A stretch of DNA of 64,000 nucleotides from the NCBI GenBank assembly GCA_036397455.1, contig DASWIX010000078.1, positions 41,002-105,001 of the forward strand, written 5' to 3'. The number at the start of each line of letters is the position of its first letter. The first letter of the stretch is position 1. The position numbers were made by a program, and so were the translations under genes. The notes beneath the pieces are model-generated. The model saw nothing but the letters and a program-made list of their open reading frames with translations. It had not been told where the DNA came from and ran no database searches. This stretch comes from Gemmatimonadales bacterium (GTDB lineage: Bacteria; Gemmatimonadota; Gemmatimonadetes; Gemmatimonadales; GWC2-71-9). Below, piece after piece: positions 18,726-27,080 of the stretch.

Positions 18726-19880
18726 CTACTCGACCCGTCGCGTAAACACCAACGCCTGCCCCCGATCCGCCAACCGCCTGAATCCGCACAGGTGGAACAG
18801 GTGGACCGTGAACCACCGCGCAATGTGGGGATCGACCAGCAGCCGGGTCGGCCGCAACGGATCGCGCCGTACGCCGGGGAGATGCGGCAGCAGGTGATCC
18901 ATCTGGAGATAGCGCATCAAGGTCGACACGCGGAGCCACGAACGCCGGATCGGACGGCCGATGAAGAACCCGTCTTCACCTTCCGCTTGGTAGAGTGGCA
19001 TGAGCAGGAGACCGGACTGGGGGGCCGCAATCCCGCCCCTGTGATCTTCCGCCAGCATGTCGCCGCGCTTGACCTGCTGGAAATTCCTGAATCCCGGACG
19101 CATCACGAACCCGCCGCCCGGCTCGATCGCATGGCGGTACGTGATCTCCACCACGGACGGCAGCCCGCGCGCCGCCGATCGCAGTTCCGCGTCGTGCGTG
19201 GCGAGTTCGGGGACGTCGTCGGGCGCGAGGCTCCCAACCGTGACCAGCGCCCGCCAGACTGCCGCCTCGTGCCGTCGCCACGTCTGCTCCGCCACGTGCT
19301 GACCGGCCTCAACCAGGATCAGCGGCCGGCCACGCTCCTCCATGAACTCCAACAACGACCCGTGGATCGCCTCTTCTATGCCGAGGATCAACGGGATCGG
19401 CGTCGCAAGGGCGATGGCGCGGCTGTGCAACGTGTCGCTTATACAATGGAAAGGGGCGCTCGGGCCGGACGTCGAGTGGAGGTCCAGGAAGACGACCTCT
19501 CCGTGGGCCCGCACGAGGTCGTCGAACAGCTCGAGCAGAGCCCGCTGTTCGACCTGCTCACTGTCGTCGCGCGACGGATCGGCCGCGCGTAAGCGTTCGA
19601 CCGCCTCCGCGCTCCACATGCGGTTGAGGTCCCGCGTGACGTAACGCCGGCCCCGCTCGAGCGCGGTCAGATTGCCGGCGACCGCGGTGAACGAACCCTT
19701 CAGCGGCAACCGGTCCCGTCCGAGCCGGTGGAGCACCGCATGCGAGGCCGCGAGGCCGCCCGGCTCGTTTCCATGCATCCCCGCGATCGCCACCACCACC
19801 GGCCCGGCCCGACCCGTATCGTACGTGCCCAGGACCCGACCGTTCGGCGCCACCCGTTCGGCCGCCGCTCCAACGCTCAC
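18726..19880 (-). CDS. Succinylglutamate desuccinylase / aspartoacylase (AstE/AspA, M14-like) family protein
   Basis: Zn-site motif VVVAIAGMHGNEPGG. I chose the GTG at 19880 (VSVGAAAERV...) because it overlaps the upstream stop (GTGA at 19877-19880). The longer listed N-terminus is Arg/Gly-rich and lies inside the upstream gene. Confidence 0.8.
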   Translation of the reverse strand: MSVGAAAERVAPNGRVLGTYDTGRAGPVVVAIAGMHGNEPGGLAASHAVLHRLGRDRLPLKGSFTAVAGNLTALERGRRYVTRDLNRMWSAEAVERLRAADPSRDDSEQVEQRALLELFDDLVRAHGEVVFLDLHSTSGPSAPFHCISDTLHSRAIALATPIPLILGIEEAIHGSLLEFMEERGRPLILVEAGQHVAEQTWRRHEAAVWRALVTVGSLAPDDVPELATHDAELRSAARGLPSVVEITYRHAIEPGGGFVMRPGFRNFQQVKRGDMLAEDHRGGIAAPQSGLLLMPLYQAEGEDGFFIGRPIRRSWLRVSTLMRYLQMDHLLPHLPGVRRDPLRPTRLLVDPHIARWFTVHLFHLCGFRRLADRGQALVFTRRVE

Positions 19881-21973
19881 GACGCGTCCCGCCCGCCGTC
19901 CGACAGGTACTCCTCGAACAGCCGGGCAGCCATCTCGATGAAATCCCGCTCGCTCACCACTCCGACCAGATTCCCGTCCTGAACCACGGGAAGACACCCG
20001 ACCTTGTGCGTGCGCATCAGTCGCATGGCATCGAGACACGGCATGTCCGGCGAGACCGTCACCGGATCGGGTTGCATGATCTCGCGCACGGCCGTCGGCT
20101 TCGCGTCGTCCGGTCCCGCGCCCTGCGCGATCATCTTGAGCAGCGAACGGTGGGACAACAACCCGACGAGTCTGCCGTGGTCATCCTCGACCGGGACGTG
20201 GCGCAGATGTTCCCAGTGCATGACCGCCGCCGCCACGTCCACGAGATCTTCCGGCTGCACGGTGAACAGGTCGGTCGTCATCAATTGACCGACCGTGCGG
20301 ACGCTCTCACGCCACTCGTCGACGTCCGGCACGTCGTCGGGCAGATCCCACGTGTGGACCGGCTGGCCGGACCGGTGGTTGGCCAGCATGCGCAGCGTCA
20401 GCGTCTGATCCCGCGCCGACGCCTTGCGCACGCCGGACAGTCGGCTCAGCAGGTCGAGCGACCACTGCGCGCCGGTGCGGCCGCTGGCCACCCGCGCGTC
20501 GATCACGCCGAGGTACCGATCGATGTGGGTTTCGTCGATCCGGTGCCGCCGCAACCCTTCTCGCGCCTGGGGGAGCAGTTCCCCGCGAATCAACTCCGGG
20601 ACCGGGACGGCACGGCCACCACGCCAACGGAGTGTCGCCTTGAGACCGTAGCGAGCCGCCGCCACGAAATTGGATTTGGCATCCTCAAAGGCGAACTGCG
20701 TGCGCACGTCGTCATCGTCCTTGCCGAGCTGGGACATCAACCCGAAGTAGAACGCCGCGTTGGCGACCTCGTCCAGCACGGTGGGTCCGGCGGGGAGCGC
20801 GCGGTTTTCAATCCGGAGGTGCGCGTGGCCGTCGTGGACGCCGAAGCACGGGCGATTCCAGCGATACACCGTACCGTTATGCAGGCACAGCGCCGTCAGC
20901 GGCGGAATCTCGCCCCGCTCGAGTACGCTGGTCGACGCCTCGCCGAGATCCGCCGCGAGCAGCACGCGATACCGCGCTACCTGCTCACGGTACAACTCGA
21001 CCACCGAATCATCCACCCATTTGTCGCCGAACGACACACGCCGGCGTGACCCGCGGAGTTTTTGCTGCTCCGAGCGGAAGTCGAGCGACTGCTCGAACAG
21101 CGCGACGCGCGTCTCGTGCCACAGGCGATGCTGCAGCAGGACCGGCGAATTCACCGCGGCCGCCAACACCGGCGCGGTCACGACCTGCGCCAGGTTGTAC
21201 AACCGTGCGAATTCATCCGCACCCACCTGAAAGTGTACCTGAAAACTCGTGTTGCACGCCTCCAGCATCACGTTGCGGTGTGTCATGTGCAGTTCGTCCA
21301 CGCCCATGATCTGCGTACGAAACACGCCGTGGGACAGCTCGGTCATCACCCGGTTCAACTCGAAGTACCGCGGGAGCGGTGTCATGTTTTCCAGGGTCAG
21401 GTCACCGCGCACCAGCGTTGGGAGAATGCCGGTCAGCAAGACCTCGCCGCCTTCAGCGTGGGCGGCGACGGCGGCACGGGCAACCGCGGCGGTCAACGCG
21501 TCTTCGAGATCGCCCAGACAGCTGCCGTCGAGCGGGCGGGCCGGCACGTTGAATTCCATATTGAACAGCCCGAGTTCGGTCGTGAACTCGGGCTCGGCCA
21601 GCCGCGCGAGCACCTGCGCGTTGATCATGGCGGGCCGACCGGTCCGGTCGATCAGGAACAACTCCTGCTCGGCACCGATCCGCCGAACACCGGATTCGAT
21701 CAGGCCCCGTTCGCACATCCGCCCCAGCGCGCGTACGTCGTCGAGCAGCGCGCGCGAAAAGCGGCGCAGCTGCTCTTGATCGATGCGGTCGGCAATCGGA
21801 TCCTGGCCCATGAGCTGGTAGTATAGCTCCCGTTCCCGACCGATTGGCAAGATCGCGTCGACCAGCGATGTTTCCGCCGGCCCAACGAAGGAACCTGTAT
21901 CGGGTGCGGTGTATTGCTGAGTCGATCGTCTCCGGTTCAGCCGGACGACGTGCCGTAACCGTCTCGAGCCCAC
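19877..21973 (-). CDS. Glutamate-cysteine-ligase family 2 (GCS2, carboxylate-amine ligase)-like protein fused to a C-terminal CBS-domain pair
   Basis: GCS2-like core (RIGAEQELFLID, FQVHFQV, HLRIENR). The C-terminal ~130 aa has two CBS-like repeats (VGQLMTTDLFTV..., VREIMQPDPVTV...VGCLPVV). The start codon is uncertain (21973 or a downstream Met). Confidence 0.7.
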   Translation of the reverse strand: MGSRRLRHVVRLNRRRSTQQYTAPDTGSFVGPAETSLVDAILPIGRERELYYQLMGQDPIADRIDQEQLRRFSRALLDDVRALGRMCERGLIESGVRRIGAEQELFLIDRTGRPAMINAQVLARLAEPEFTTELGLFNMEFNVPARPLDGSCLGDLEDALTAAVARAAVAAHAEGGEVLLTGILPTLVRGDLTLENMTPLPRYFELNRVMTELSHGVFRTQIMGVDELHMTHRNVMLEACNTSFQVHFQVGADEFARLYNLAQVVTAPVLAAAVNSPVLLQHRLWHETRVALFEQSLDFRSEQQKLRGSRRRVSFGDKWVDDSVVELYREQVARYRVLLAADLGEASTSVLERGEIPPLTALCLHNGTVYRWNRPCFGVHDGHAHLRIENRALPAGPTVLDEVANAAFYFGLMSQLGKDDDDVRTQFAFEDAKSNFVAAARYGLKATLRWRGGRAVPVPELIRGELLPQAREGLRRHRIDETHIDRYLGVIDARVASGRTGAQWSLDLLSRLSGVRKASARDQTLTLRMLANHRSGQPVHTWDLPDDVPDVDEWRESVRTVGQLMTTDLFTVQPEDLVDVAAAVMHWEHLRHVPVEDDHGRLVGLLSHRSLLKMIAQGAGPDDAKPTAVREIMQPDPVTVSPDMPCLDAMRLMRTHKVGCLPVVQDGNLVGVVSERDFIEMAARLFEEYLSDGGRDAS

Positions 21974-21999
21974 TGCTCATTCCAGCGTTCCGTGAATTC

Positions 22000-24174
22000 G
22001 TGAAGACCATCCAGAGCCCCATCCAACACGTCCTGCGGCGATGCGTCGCCCCCTTCACGCTGACGGCGCTCGCTCCCCTGACGCTCCCCGCACAGGAGCG
22101 CCGCGATTCCCTCCCGCCCGACAGCGCGTACGTCATGCCGGAGCTCGTCGTGACCGCGACCCGCTCGGAGCGCGTCCGCCGCGCCGAGAGCGCCGTGACG
22201 ACGTCCGTCGCCAGACCCACATTGGCCGAGCGCGCGGATAGCCGCGTGGCCGCCGATCTGCTGCGCGCCATGCCTGGTGTGCACGTACAGCAGACGTCCG
22301 CCGGGCAAGGCGCCGTCGTGTTGCGCGGATTCGTCGGCAACCAGGTGCTGCTCCTGGTGAACGGCATCCCGCTCAACAACGGGAGCTATCGCGATGGACC
22401 GGGCCAATACCTCGCCACCGTCGACCCCGAGACGATCGAACGCATCGAGGTCGTGCGCGGCCCCGCATCGGTGCTATACGGCTCGGACGCGCAGGGCGGT
22501 GTCATCAACCTCATCACCCGGCCGCACCCGGGCCTCGACGGGTGGACGTTCCGTGGCACGGCGAGTGGATCAACGGCCAACAACGGCTTCCGCAGCCGCT
22601 TGTCGACCGGCTACCTCGCGCCGGGCATCTCGTTTGGGCTGGGTGCGACTGTCCAGGACGCGGGAGACCTGCGCGCGGGCGGCCGCATCGGGCGCCAGAC
22701 ACCGACGTCGTTCTCGGCACGCGGCATCGATGCACGGCTGTCGGTCGAAGCCGGGCCGGCACACCGATTGACACTCGGCCTCGAGCACTACGAGATGCAC
22801 GATGTCGCCCGCTATGACCGCTATGTCGAGTTCCGAGCGCCGCGACCCGGTCCGGATGCCGAACACGTGTTCGATCCGCAGACACGACAACTGGCGTTCG
22901 CGCGGCATCGCGTGACCACGGCCGGCCAGTGGCTGATGACCCTCGAGACCACCGCCTCGCTCGCCGTCCAGCGCGAGGGACGCCGCCAACAACGGCTTGG
23001 GGACGCCGGACCGGCGACCACCGTCGAACGCACGCGCGACGATGTGTTCACACCGGGCCTCAGCGTATTGGGAACCAGCTTCGTCCACGTCGGCGACCGG
23101 CTGGTCGCGCTCGCGTGGGGAGGCGAAGCGTACCGCGACCAGATGGCGTCACACGGCGATGCCTATCACCTGATCACCGGACAACGCACCCCGCTCACGC
23201 GAACCGCGTCCGGCGGGTCCGTTGCCAGCGGCCGTTTTCCCGACGGGGCGACGATGGTGCGAACCGGGTTGTTCCTGTCGGGCGACGCGCAGGTCGCTCA
23301 ACGGCTCCGGCTTTCTGCCGGCGGCCGCCTGAGCGGCTTCCGATCCGAAGCGAACATCGGGACGGAGTTCGGCGGGGCGGTGACCAACGTGGCTACCGCG
23401 GTGACGGGGCAACTCGGCGCCGTCTTTTCGGTCGCGGCGCCGCTGGCGTTTTCCATGCGAGTCGCGCAAGGGTTCCGCGCGCCCAACCTGTACGATCTCA
23501 CCAATGTCGGGACGGTGCCCGGCGGGATCCTGGTCCCCAACCCCAACGCGCGGCCGGAACGGTCGGTCAGCTACGAGGCGTCGTTGCGGTGGACGCAGGA
23601 AATGACCGCGCTGGAAGTCACCGGCTTCCGCAGCGACATCGATGATTTCATCGATCGGGCACCGGGCACGTTCCGCGGTGACACGCTCTTCCAGGGCGAG
23701 CGCGTGTTCCAGGGACGGAATCTCGCCACGGCCAGCGTCATGGGCGTCGAAGCGGAAGGGATCCGCTCGCGCGGACCGTTCGACCTGCGCGTGACGATGG
23801 CGTACACCCGCGGCGAGCAAACCCTCGCCGACGGCACCGTGGAACCGATGGCAAAAATCCCGCCGTTGAGCGGCGCGGCGCGGCTCCGCTGGCGCCCGCT
23901 GCGGCACAACGTCTGGCTGGCCTACGAGTTGGCATGGGCGGGACGGCAGAGCCGGTTGTCGGGCCGCGACCTGCGCGACTCACGCATTCCCGCCGGCGGC
24001 ACGCGCGGCTATGGCATCCACAGCTTCCTGGCCTACGCGCAGATCACGCCTGCCATGGCGGCGAGCGTGGGTATCAAGAACGTGGCCAACGACCTCTACC
24101 GCACCCACGCGAGCGGCGTCGACGCCCCGGGCCGGCACGTGTGGATGGGAATCAGCCTGCAAGACGGGCGCTAG
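22000..24174 (+). CDS. TonB-dependent outer-membrane receptor
   Basis: Plug motifs (VVTATR, IERIEVVRGPASVLYGSDAQGGVINLIT) and a beta-barrel with a C-terminal aromatic-rich end. The GTG at 22000 gives a plausible signal peptide (VKTIQSPIQHVLRRCVAPFTLTALAPLTLPAQE). The start is uncertain. Confidence 0.8.
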   Translation: MKTIQSPIQHVLRRCVAPFTLTALAPLTLPAQERRDSLPPDSAYVMPELVVTATRSERVRRAESAVTTSVARPTLAERADSRVAADLLRAMPGVHVQQTSAGQGAVVLRGFVGNQVLLLVNGIPLNNGSYRDGPGQYLATVDPETIERIEVVRGPASVLYGSDAQGGVINLITRPHPGLDGWTFRGTASGSTANNGFRSRLSTGYLAPGISFGLGATVQDAGDLRAGGRIGRQTPTSFSARGIDARLSVEAGPAHRLTLGLEHYEMHDVARYDRYVEFRAPRPGPDAEHVFDPQTRQLAFARHRVTTAGQWLMTLETTASLAVQREGRRQQRLGDAGPATTVERTRDDVFTPGLSVLGTSFVHVGDRLVALAWGGEAYRDQMASHGDAYHLITGQRTPLTRTASGGSVASGRFPDGATMVRTGLFLSGDAQVAQRLRLSAGGRLSGFRSEANIGTEFGGAVTNVATAVTGQLGAVFSVAAPLAFSMRVAQGFRAPNLYDLTNVGTVPGGILVPNPNARPERSVSYEASLRWTQEMTALEVTGFRSDIDDFIDRAPGTFRGDTLFQGERVFQGRNLATASVMGVEAEGIRSRGPFDLRVTMAYTRGEQTLADGTVEPMAKIPPLSGAARLRWRPLRHNVWLAYELAWAGRQSRLSGRDLRDSRIPAGGTRGYGIHSFLAYAQITPAMAASVGIKNVANDLYRTHASGVDAPGRHVWMGISLQDGR

Positions 24175-24323
24175 CGATCTCCGCGGTCTCTGTGCTGAAT
24201 GACGTAACCGGAATGGCGAACGGATGCACCGGGCGCGCCGTCCGTGCGCGTCGTCGGTTCATGCGACCGAGTCGATCGTCCGCAGTCCCCCGTATCGACG
24301 TCCGGACGCCCGTCAAGCGGAGG

Positions 24324-25934
24324 TCACGGCCGCCACACGGAACTGTCTAACGCCGCCCGCACCTCCGGCGGGAGCAGGGCCCACCCATGCCGAATGGGCA
24401 CGGCGCGGTACGTCACGAACGGGTCGTTCGGCTGCGACCACCCACCGTAGTTGATCGCGATCACGCGTCCATGACTATCGATCAACGGTCCCCCGCTCGA
24501 TCCGTGCGTCGTCCCGCCCTGGAACACCACGTCGCCGCGGGTCACGTCGCTGATCCTGCCTGTCGACAGAAACGGCTGGATGAGCTGATGCCGCGCCAGT
24601 TCGCCGGCCAGGCGCACGACATCGTCACCGGCCGTCGCGATGATAGCCGTCCGGGTCGCCTCGTCGGCGCGGGCGAGCAGGAGGTTCACACCGGTAGGAA
24701 AGCCCAGCAGCATCACATTCGCGCCCGGGCGGGGCGAGACCAGCTCCTGCGCGAGGGGAATCGGGGCCGCGGGCGCCGGATCACCCTCGAGTTGCAGCAA
24801 CGCCACGTCGGCTTCGGTCGAGACGCGTCGCACCGTCATCGTGCGGCCACCGCGCGTCCCGCCGGGGAAGAACACGCGCACCGCGTTGCGGCGCATCTCG
24901 AGCGGCCGCCCGACCCGTTGACCGAGCTGCGCCGTCACCGACGCGAGTTGCGGATCGACGGTGACATCGACCACGTGTCGGTTGGTCAACATCCACCCGT
25001 CCTCGTGCACCAGGAAGGCCGTGCCGGTGGCTTCGAGCGATACCTCCGGACCGGCGCCTTCCAGCGTGACCTGAGGATTCTGCCGGCGATCGACTACCCG
25101 CTTCCCCGCCTCGTCGACGACGAACCGTACGGGGCGGTGGGCCCTGGTATCGACGAACCCGACCGACGTCACCAGCAGGGCGACCGCCCCACCGAAGGCG
25201 TCCGCCGCGTTCTCCGCGAAGCCCAACTCACCGCGAATGGTCGCGAGCGTGGTCTCTTGTTGCGCGCGGAGTGAGGCGTATTCCTCGCGCAACGTCGACA
25301 ACTCGGCGGCCGTCGCCGTGCGCAGCGCACGCTCCTCCCGCAGCGCGGCATCCAGCATCGCGATCGCCGCCCGCTGCTCCCGAACCCCGGCCCGCGCCTG
25401 CCAGTACACGAACCCCATCCAGCCCACGCCCGCCACGGCCATGACGCTGAGCGCCACCATCACCCGGCGTGACGTGCGTTCGTACGCCACGGCGGCGAAC
25501 TGCCGCATGACGAGCGTCATGCTGGGTGCCCCGTCACTTCCGGGGACCCGCGCGCGGGCATGGGCAATGCGGTACATGCCCGAAATCGTGGCCAGGCCCG
25601 GAGCGGTCAGGGTCCTGGGGAATCGCGGCCGTTCGCCGAGGAGGAACTGCACCCGCGCGCCACCGCGGCCGAATTCGATCACGTCGCCGTCCTCCAGCAC
25701 ATGCTCGGTGACGCGCCGCTCATTGACGAAGGTGCCGTTGCGGCTTTCGGCGTCGCGCAGCACGAAATGATCGTGGGACCACGTGATGGAGGCATGCGTG
25801 CCGGAGACCAGCCGTTCCTCGGGCGCGAACGTGAGGTTCGTGCCGGCCTCCCGGCCGACGGTGAACGTCCCGTCTTGCAGTCGCAACTCGGCACCCTGGC
25901 GCGTGCCGGACAACACGATCAGCCGGGCGATCAC
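24324..25934 (-). CDS. Membrane-anchored FHA-domain protein with C-terminal trypsin-like (S1C) serine protease domain
   Basis: The N-terminal FHA domain is FTVGRE...SGTHASI...LRDAESRNGTFVN. It has one TM helix (VMVALSVMAVAGVGWMGFVYW) and a coiled-coil. The protease domain is GTAFLVHEDGWMLTNRHVV ... GGTTHGSSGGPLID. Confidence 0.85.
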   Translation of the reverse strand: MIARLIVLSGTRQGAELRLQDGTFTVGREAGTNLTFAPEERLVSGTHASITWSHDHFVLRDAESRNGTFVNERRVTEHVLEDGDVIEFGRGGARVQFLLGERPRFPRTLTAPGLATISGMYRIAHARARVPGSDGAPSMTLVMRQFAAVAYERTSRRVMVALSVMAVAGVGWMGFVYWQARAGVREQRAAIAMLDAALREERALRTATAAELSTLREEYASLRAQQETTLATIRGELGFAENAADAFGGAVALLVTSVGFVDTRAHRPVRFVVDEAGKRVVDRRQNPQVTLEGAGPEVSLEATGTAFLVHEDGWMLTNRHVVDVTVDPQLASVTAQLGQRVGRPLEMRRNAVRVFFPGGTRGGRTMTVRRVSTEADVALLQLEGDPAPAAPIPLAQELVSPRPGANVMLLGFPTGVNLLLARADEATRTAIIATAGDDVVRLAGELARHQLIQPFLSTGRISDVTRGDVVFQGGTTHGSSGGPLIDSHGRVIAINYGGWSQPNDPFVTYRAVPIRHGWALLPPEVRAALDSSVWRP

Positions 25935-25955
25935 CGGTTCACCGGAACGGTCGGA

Positions 25956-26120
25956 CTACAACGCGGTCCCGCCCGCACCGTCTGCGGCGCAGGTACACAA
26001 CTTCGCGGGCGGGCGGTCGGCATTCATCATGAGACCGGTGGGGTACTTGCTTTGGGCGTCCGGGTCCTCCGGGATCTCCCGCCACCCGCCACACGTGAGG
26101 CATTTCGTGTACAACGCCAT
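25956..26120 (-). CDS. Small Cys-containing protein (54 aa, CxxC...CxC, zinc-ribbon-like)
   Basis: The ATG at 26120 is preceded by AAGGAG with 6-nt spacing. The sequence is MALYTKCLTCGGW...KLCTCAADG. It ends 21 nt before the FHA-protease start on the same strand. Confidence 0.5.
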   Translation of the reverse strand: MALYTKCLTCGGWREIPEDPDAQSKYPTGLMMNADRPPAKLCTCAADGAGGTAL

Positions 26121-26238
26121 CGTCGCTCCTTCTTCGTCCGGGACGCCGCTCGGGGTTGGGCGAACGCGCTGGACCAAATCTACCCGGGGATATGCGCTCT
26201 CGTGCACGACGGGCTGTTCTCGTGGCTGACGTGCTAAG

Positions 26239-26310
26239 TGCCCCCAAGGGGAATCGAACCCCTGTTCCCACCTTGAAAGAGTGGTGTCCTAGCCGTTAGA
26301 CGATGGGGGC
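26239..26310 (-). tRNA. tRNA-Glu (anticodon TTC)
   Basis: The manual cloverleaf has acceptor GCCCCCA/TGGGGGC, anticodon stem CCACT/GGTGG with loop CTTTCAA, and T-arm GGGGTTCGATTCCCC. Confidence 0.9.
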
Positions 26311-26327
26311 GGAAGGCGAAGGTGTGA

Positions 26328-26400
26328 TAGCGGTAACGGGATTCGAACCCGTGTTTCAGCCTTGAGAGGGCCGCGTCCTAGTCCCCTAGACGATACCGCC
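26328..26400 (-). tRNA. tRNA-Glu (anticodon CTC)
   Basis: The manual cloverleaf has acceptor GGCGGTA/TACCGCT (G1-U72), anticodon stem CGGCC/GGCTG with loop CTCTCAA, and T-arm CGGGTTCGAATCCCG. It lies 17 nt upstream of the TTC isoacceptor. Confidence 0.9.
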
Positions 26401-26414
26401 GGACAAGACACGAA

Positions 26415-26443
26415 AATATCACCACGGCCCACGGACCACGCAA
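26415..26443 (-). promoter_or_regulatory. Candidate sigma-70-type promoter for the tRNA-Glu pair
   Basis: On the minus strand: TTGCGT (26443-26438), a 17-nt spacer, then GATATT (26420-26415). The -10 element ends 14 nt before the tRNA 5' end. Confidence 0.35.
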
Positions 26444-26459
26444 GCTGCTCGGACGGTTG

Positions 26460-26480
26460 CGGCACTGGTACAGTTTGACG
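26460..26480. repeat. Left terminal inverted repeat CGGCACTGGTACAGTTTGACG
   Basis: It is the exact reverse complement of 28438-28458. The 7 nt immediately outside it read ACGGTTG (26453-26459). Confidence 0.85.
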
Positions 26481-26490
26481 ACGACCGACG

Positions 26491-26516
26491 CTAGACCTAG
26501 ACCTAAGACCTAGATT
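26491..26516. repeat. Short tandem repeat CTAGAC-CTAGAC-CTAAGAC-CTAGAT, subterminal to the left TIR
   Basis: Read directly from the sequence. It starts 10 nt inside the left TIR. Confidence 0.7.
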
Positions 26517-26600
26517 GGGCACCGATGGTTTGTGCAGGTCGGAGCCTCGCCCTTCTCCGGTATGCGAAGGCGCTCGTTGGTAGACCGGTACAAAACCGAG

Positions 26601-27080
26601 CTACACAAACCGCTGCGGTACATGGTACGTTGACTTGTCCGCTAACTTGCTGCGGGCCGGAGTGGAAGGCGTGGATGTGAACTGCGCATGGGCGTAGTTG
26701 CGACGCGGCTTCCTGACCGGCTCGTGCCGCACGTCCGAGCCGATTTCTCGGACGTTTCCGACACTGAACTCTACCAGGCCCGCCTCGGCCGGATGAGGTT
26801 TCTCGGCGTGACCGATGCGGGATCGCTCGGCCGTGCTGAATCGAGCTAGATCACAACTGAGGCCCCACTTGTCGCGAAAGAACGAGGGCTTGGGCCTTCC
26901 TGCCCTTCTTGGTTCCCTGTACACCTGATCAACCTTGTGGAGCGCCCGCCAGAGCTTCTCCCCCGGCGGGATGAACTCAATCCTGCGCCACGTCAGCCGG
27001 AATATCCACCGAACGGCGAAGCCAACTAAGCCACTCATCCAGAGTTTCGTTTCGTAGCGGGACCACACGTTCATCGGCAC
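26601..27080 (-). CDS. Hypothetical protein (cassette ORF C), start uncertain
   Basis: The ORF is 159 aa if it starts at GTG 27080 or ATG 27074, and it overlaps ORF B by about 100 nt in the +1 frame. The internal GTG of DQVYRE, preceded by AAGG, is an alternative start. I recognise no family. Conserved-looking segments are PSFFRDKWGLSCDLARFSTAE and VRHEPV..PRRNYAHAQF. Confidence 0.45.
   Translation of the reverse strand: MPMNVWSRYETKLWMSGLVGFAVRWIFRLTWRRIEFIPPGEKLWRALHKVDQVYREPRRAGRPKPSFFRDKWGLSCDLARFSTAERSRIGHAEKPHPAEAGLVEFSVGNVREIGSDVRHEPVRKPRRNYAHAQFTSTPSTPARSKLADKSTYHVPQRFV

Noticed and set aside
21844-21999. A possible riboswitch (TPP- or cobalamin-like) in the leader of the TonB-dependent receptor. 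The strings GGGTGC...GCTGAG and GCCCACTG/CCAGCGT resemble pieces of the THI-box and B12-box.
   Set aside because: Only fragments match. The second half of a TPP aptamer (ACCC..GAACCTGATC..GCGTAGGGA) is absent, and I could not draw P2/P3 stems. A covariance-model scan (Rfam RF00059, RF00174) would be decisive.
26289-26522. A 77-aa ORF overlapping the tRNA-Glu genes.
   Set aside because: It lies on top of two well-folding tRNAs and their promoter, and it has no RBS. It is spurious.
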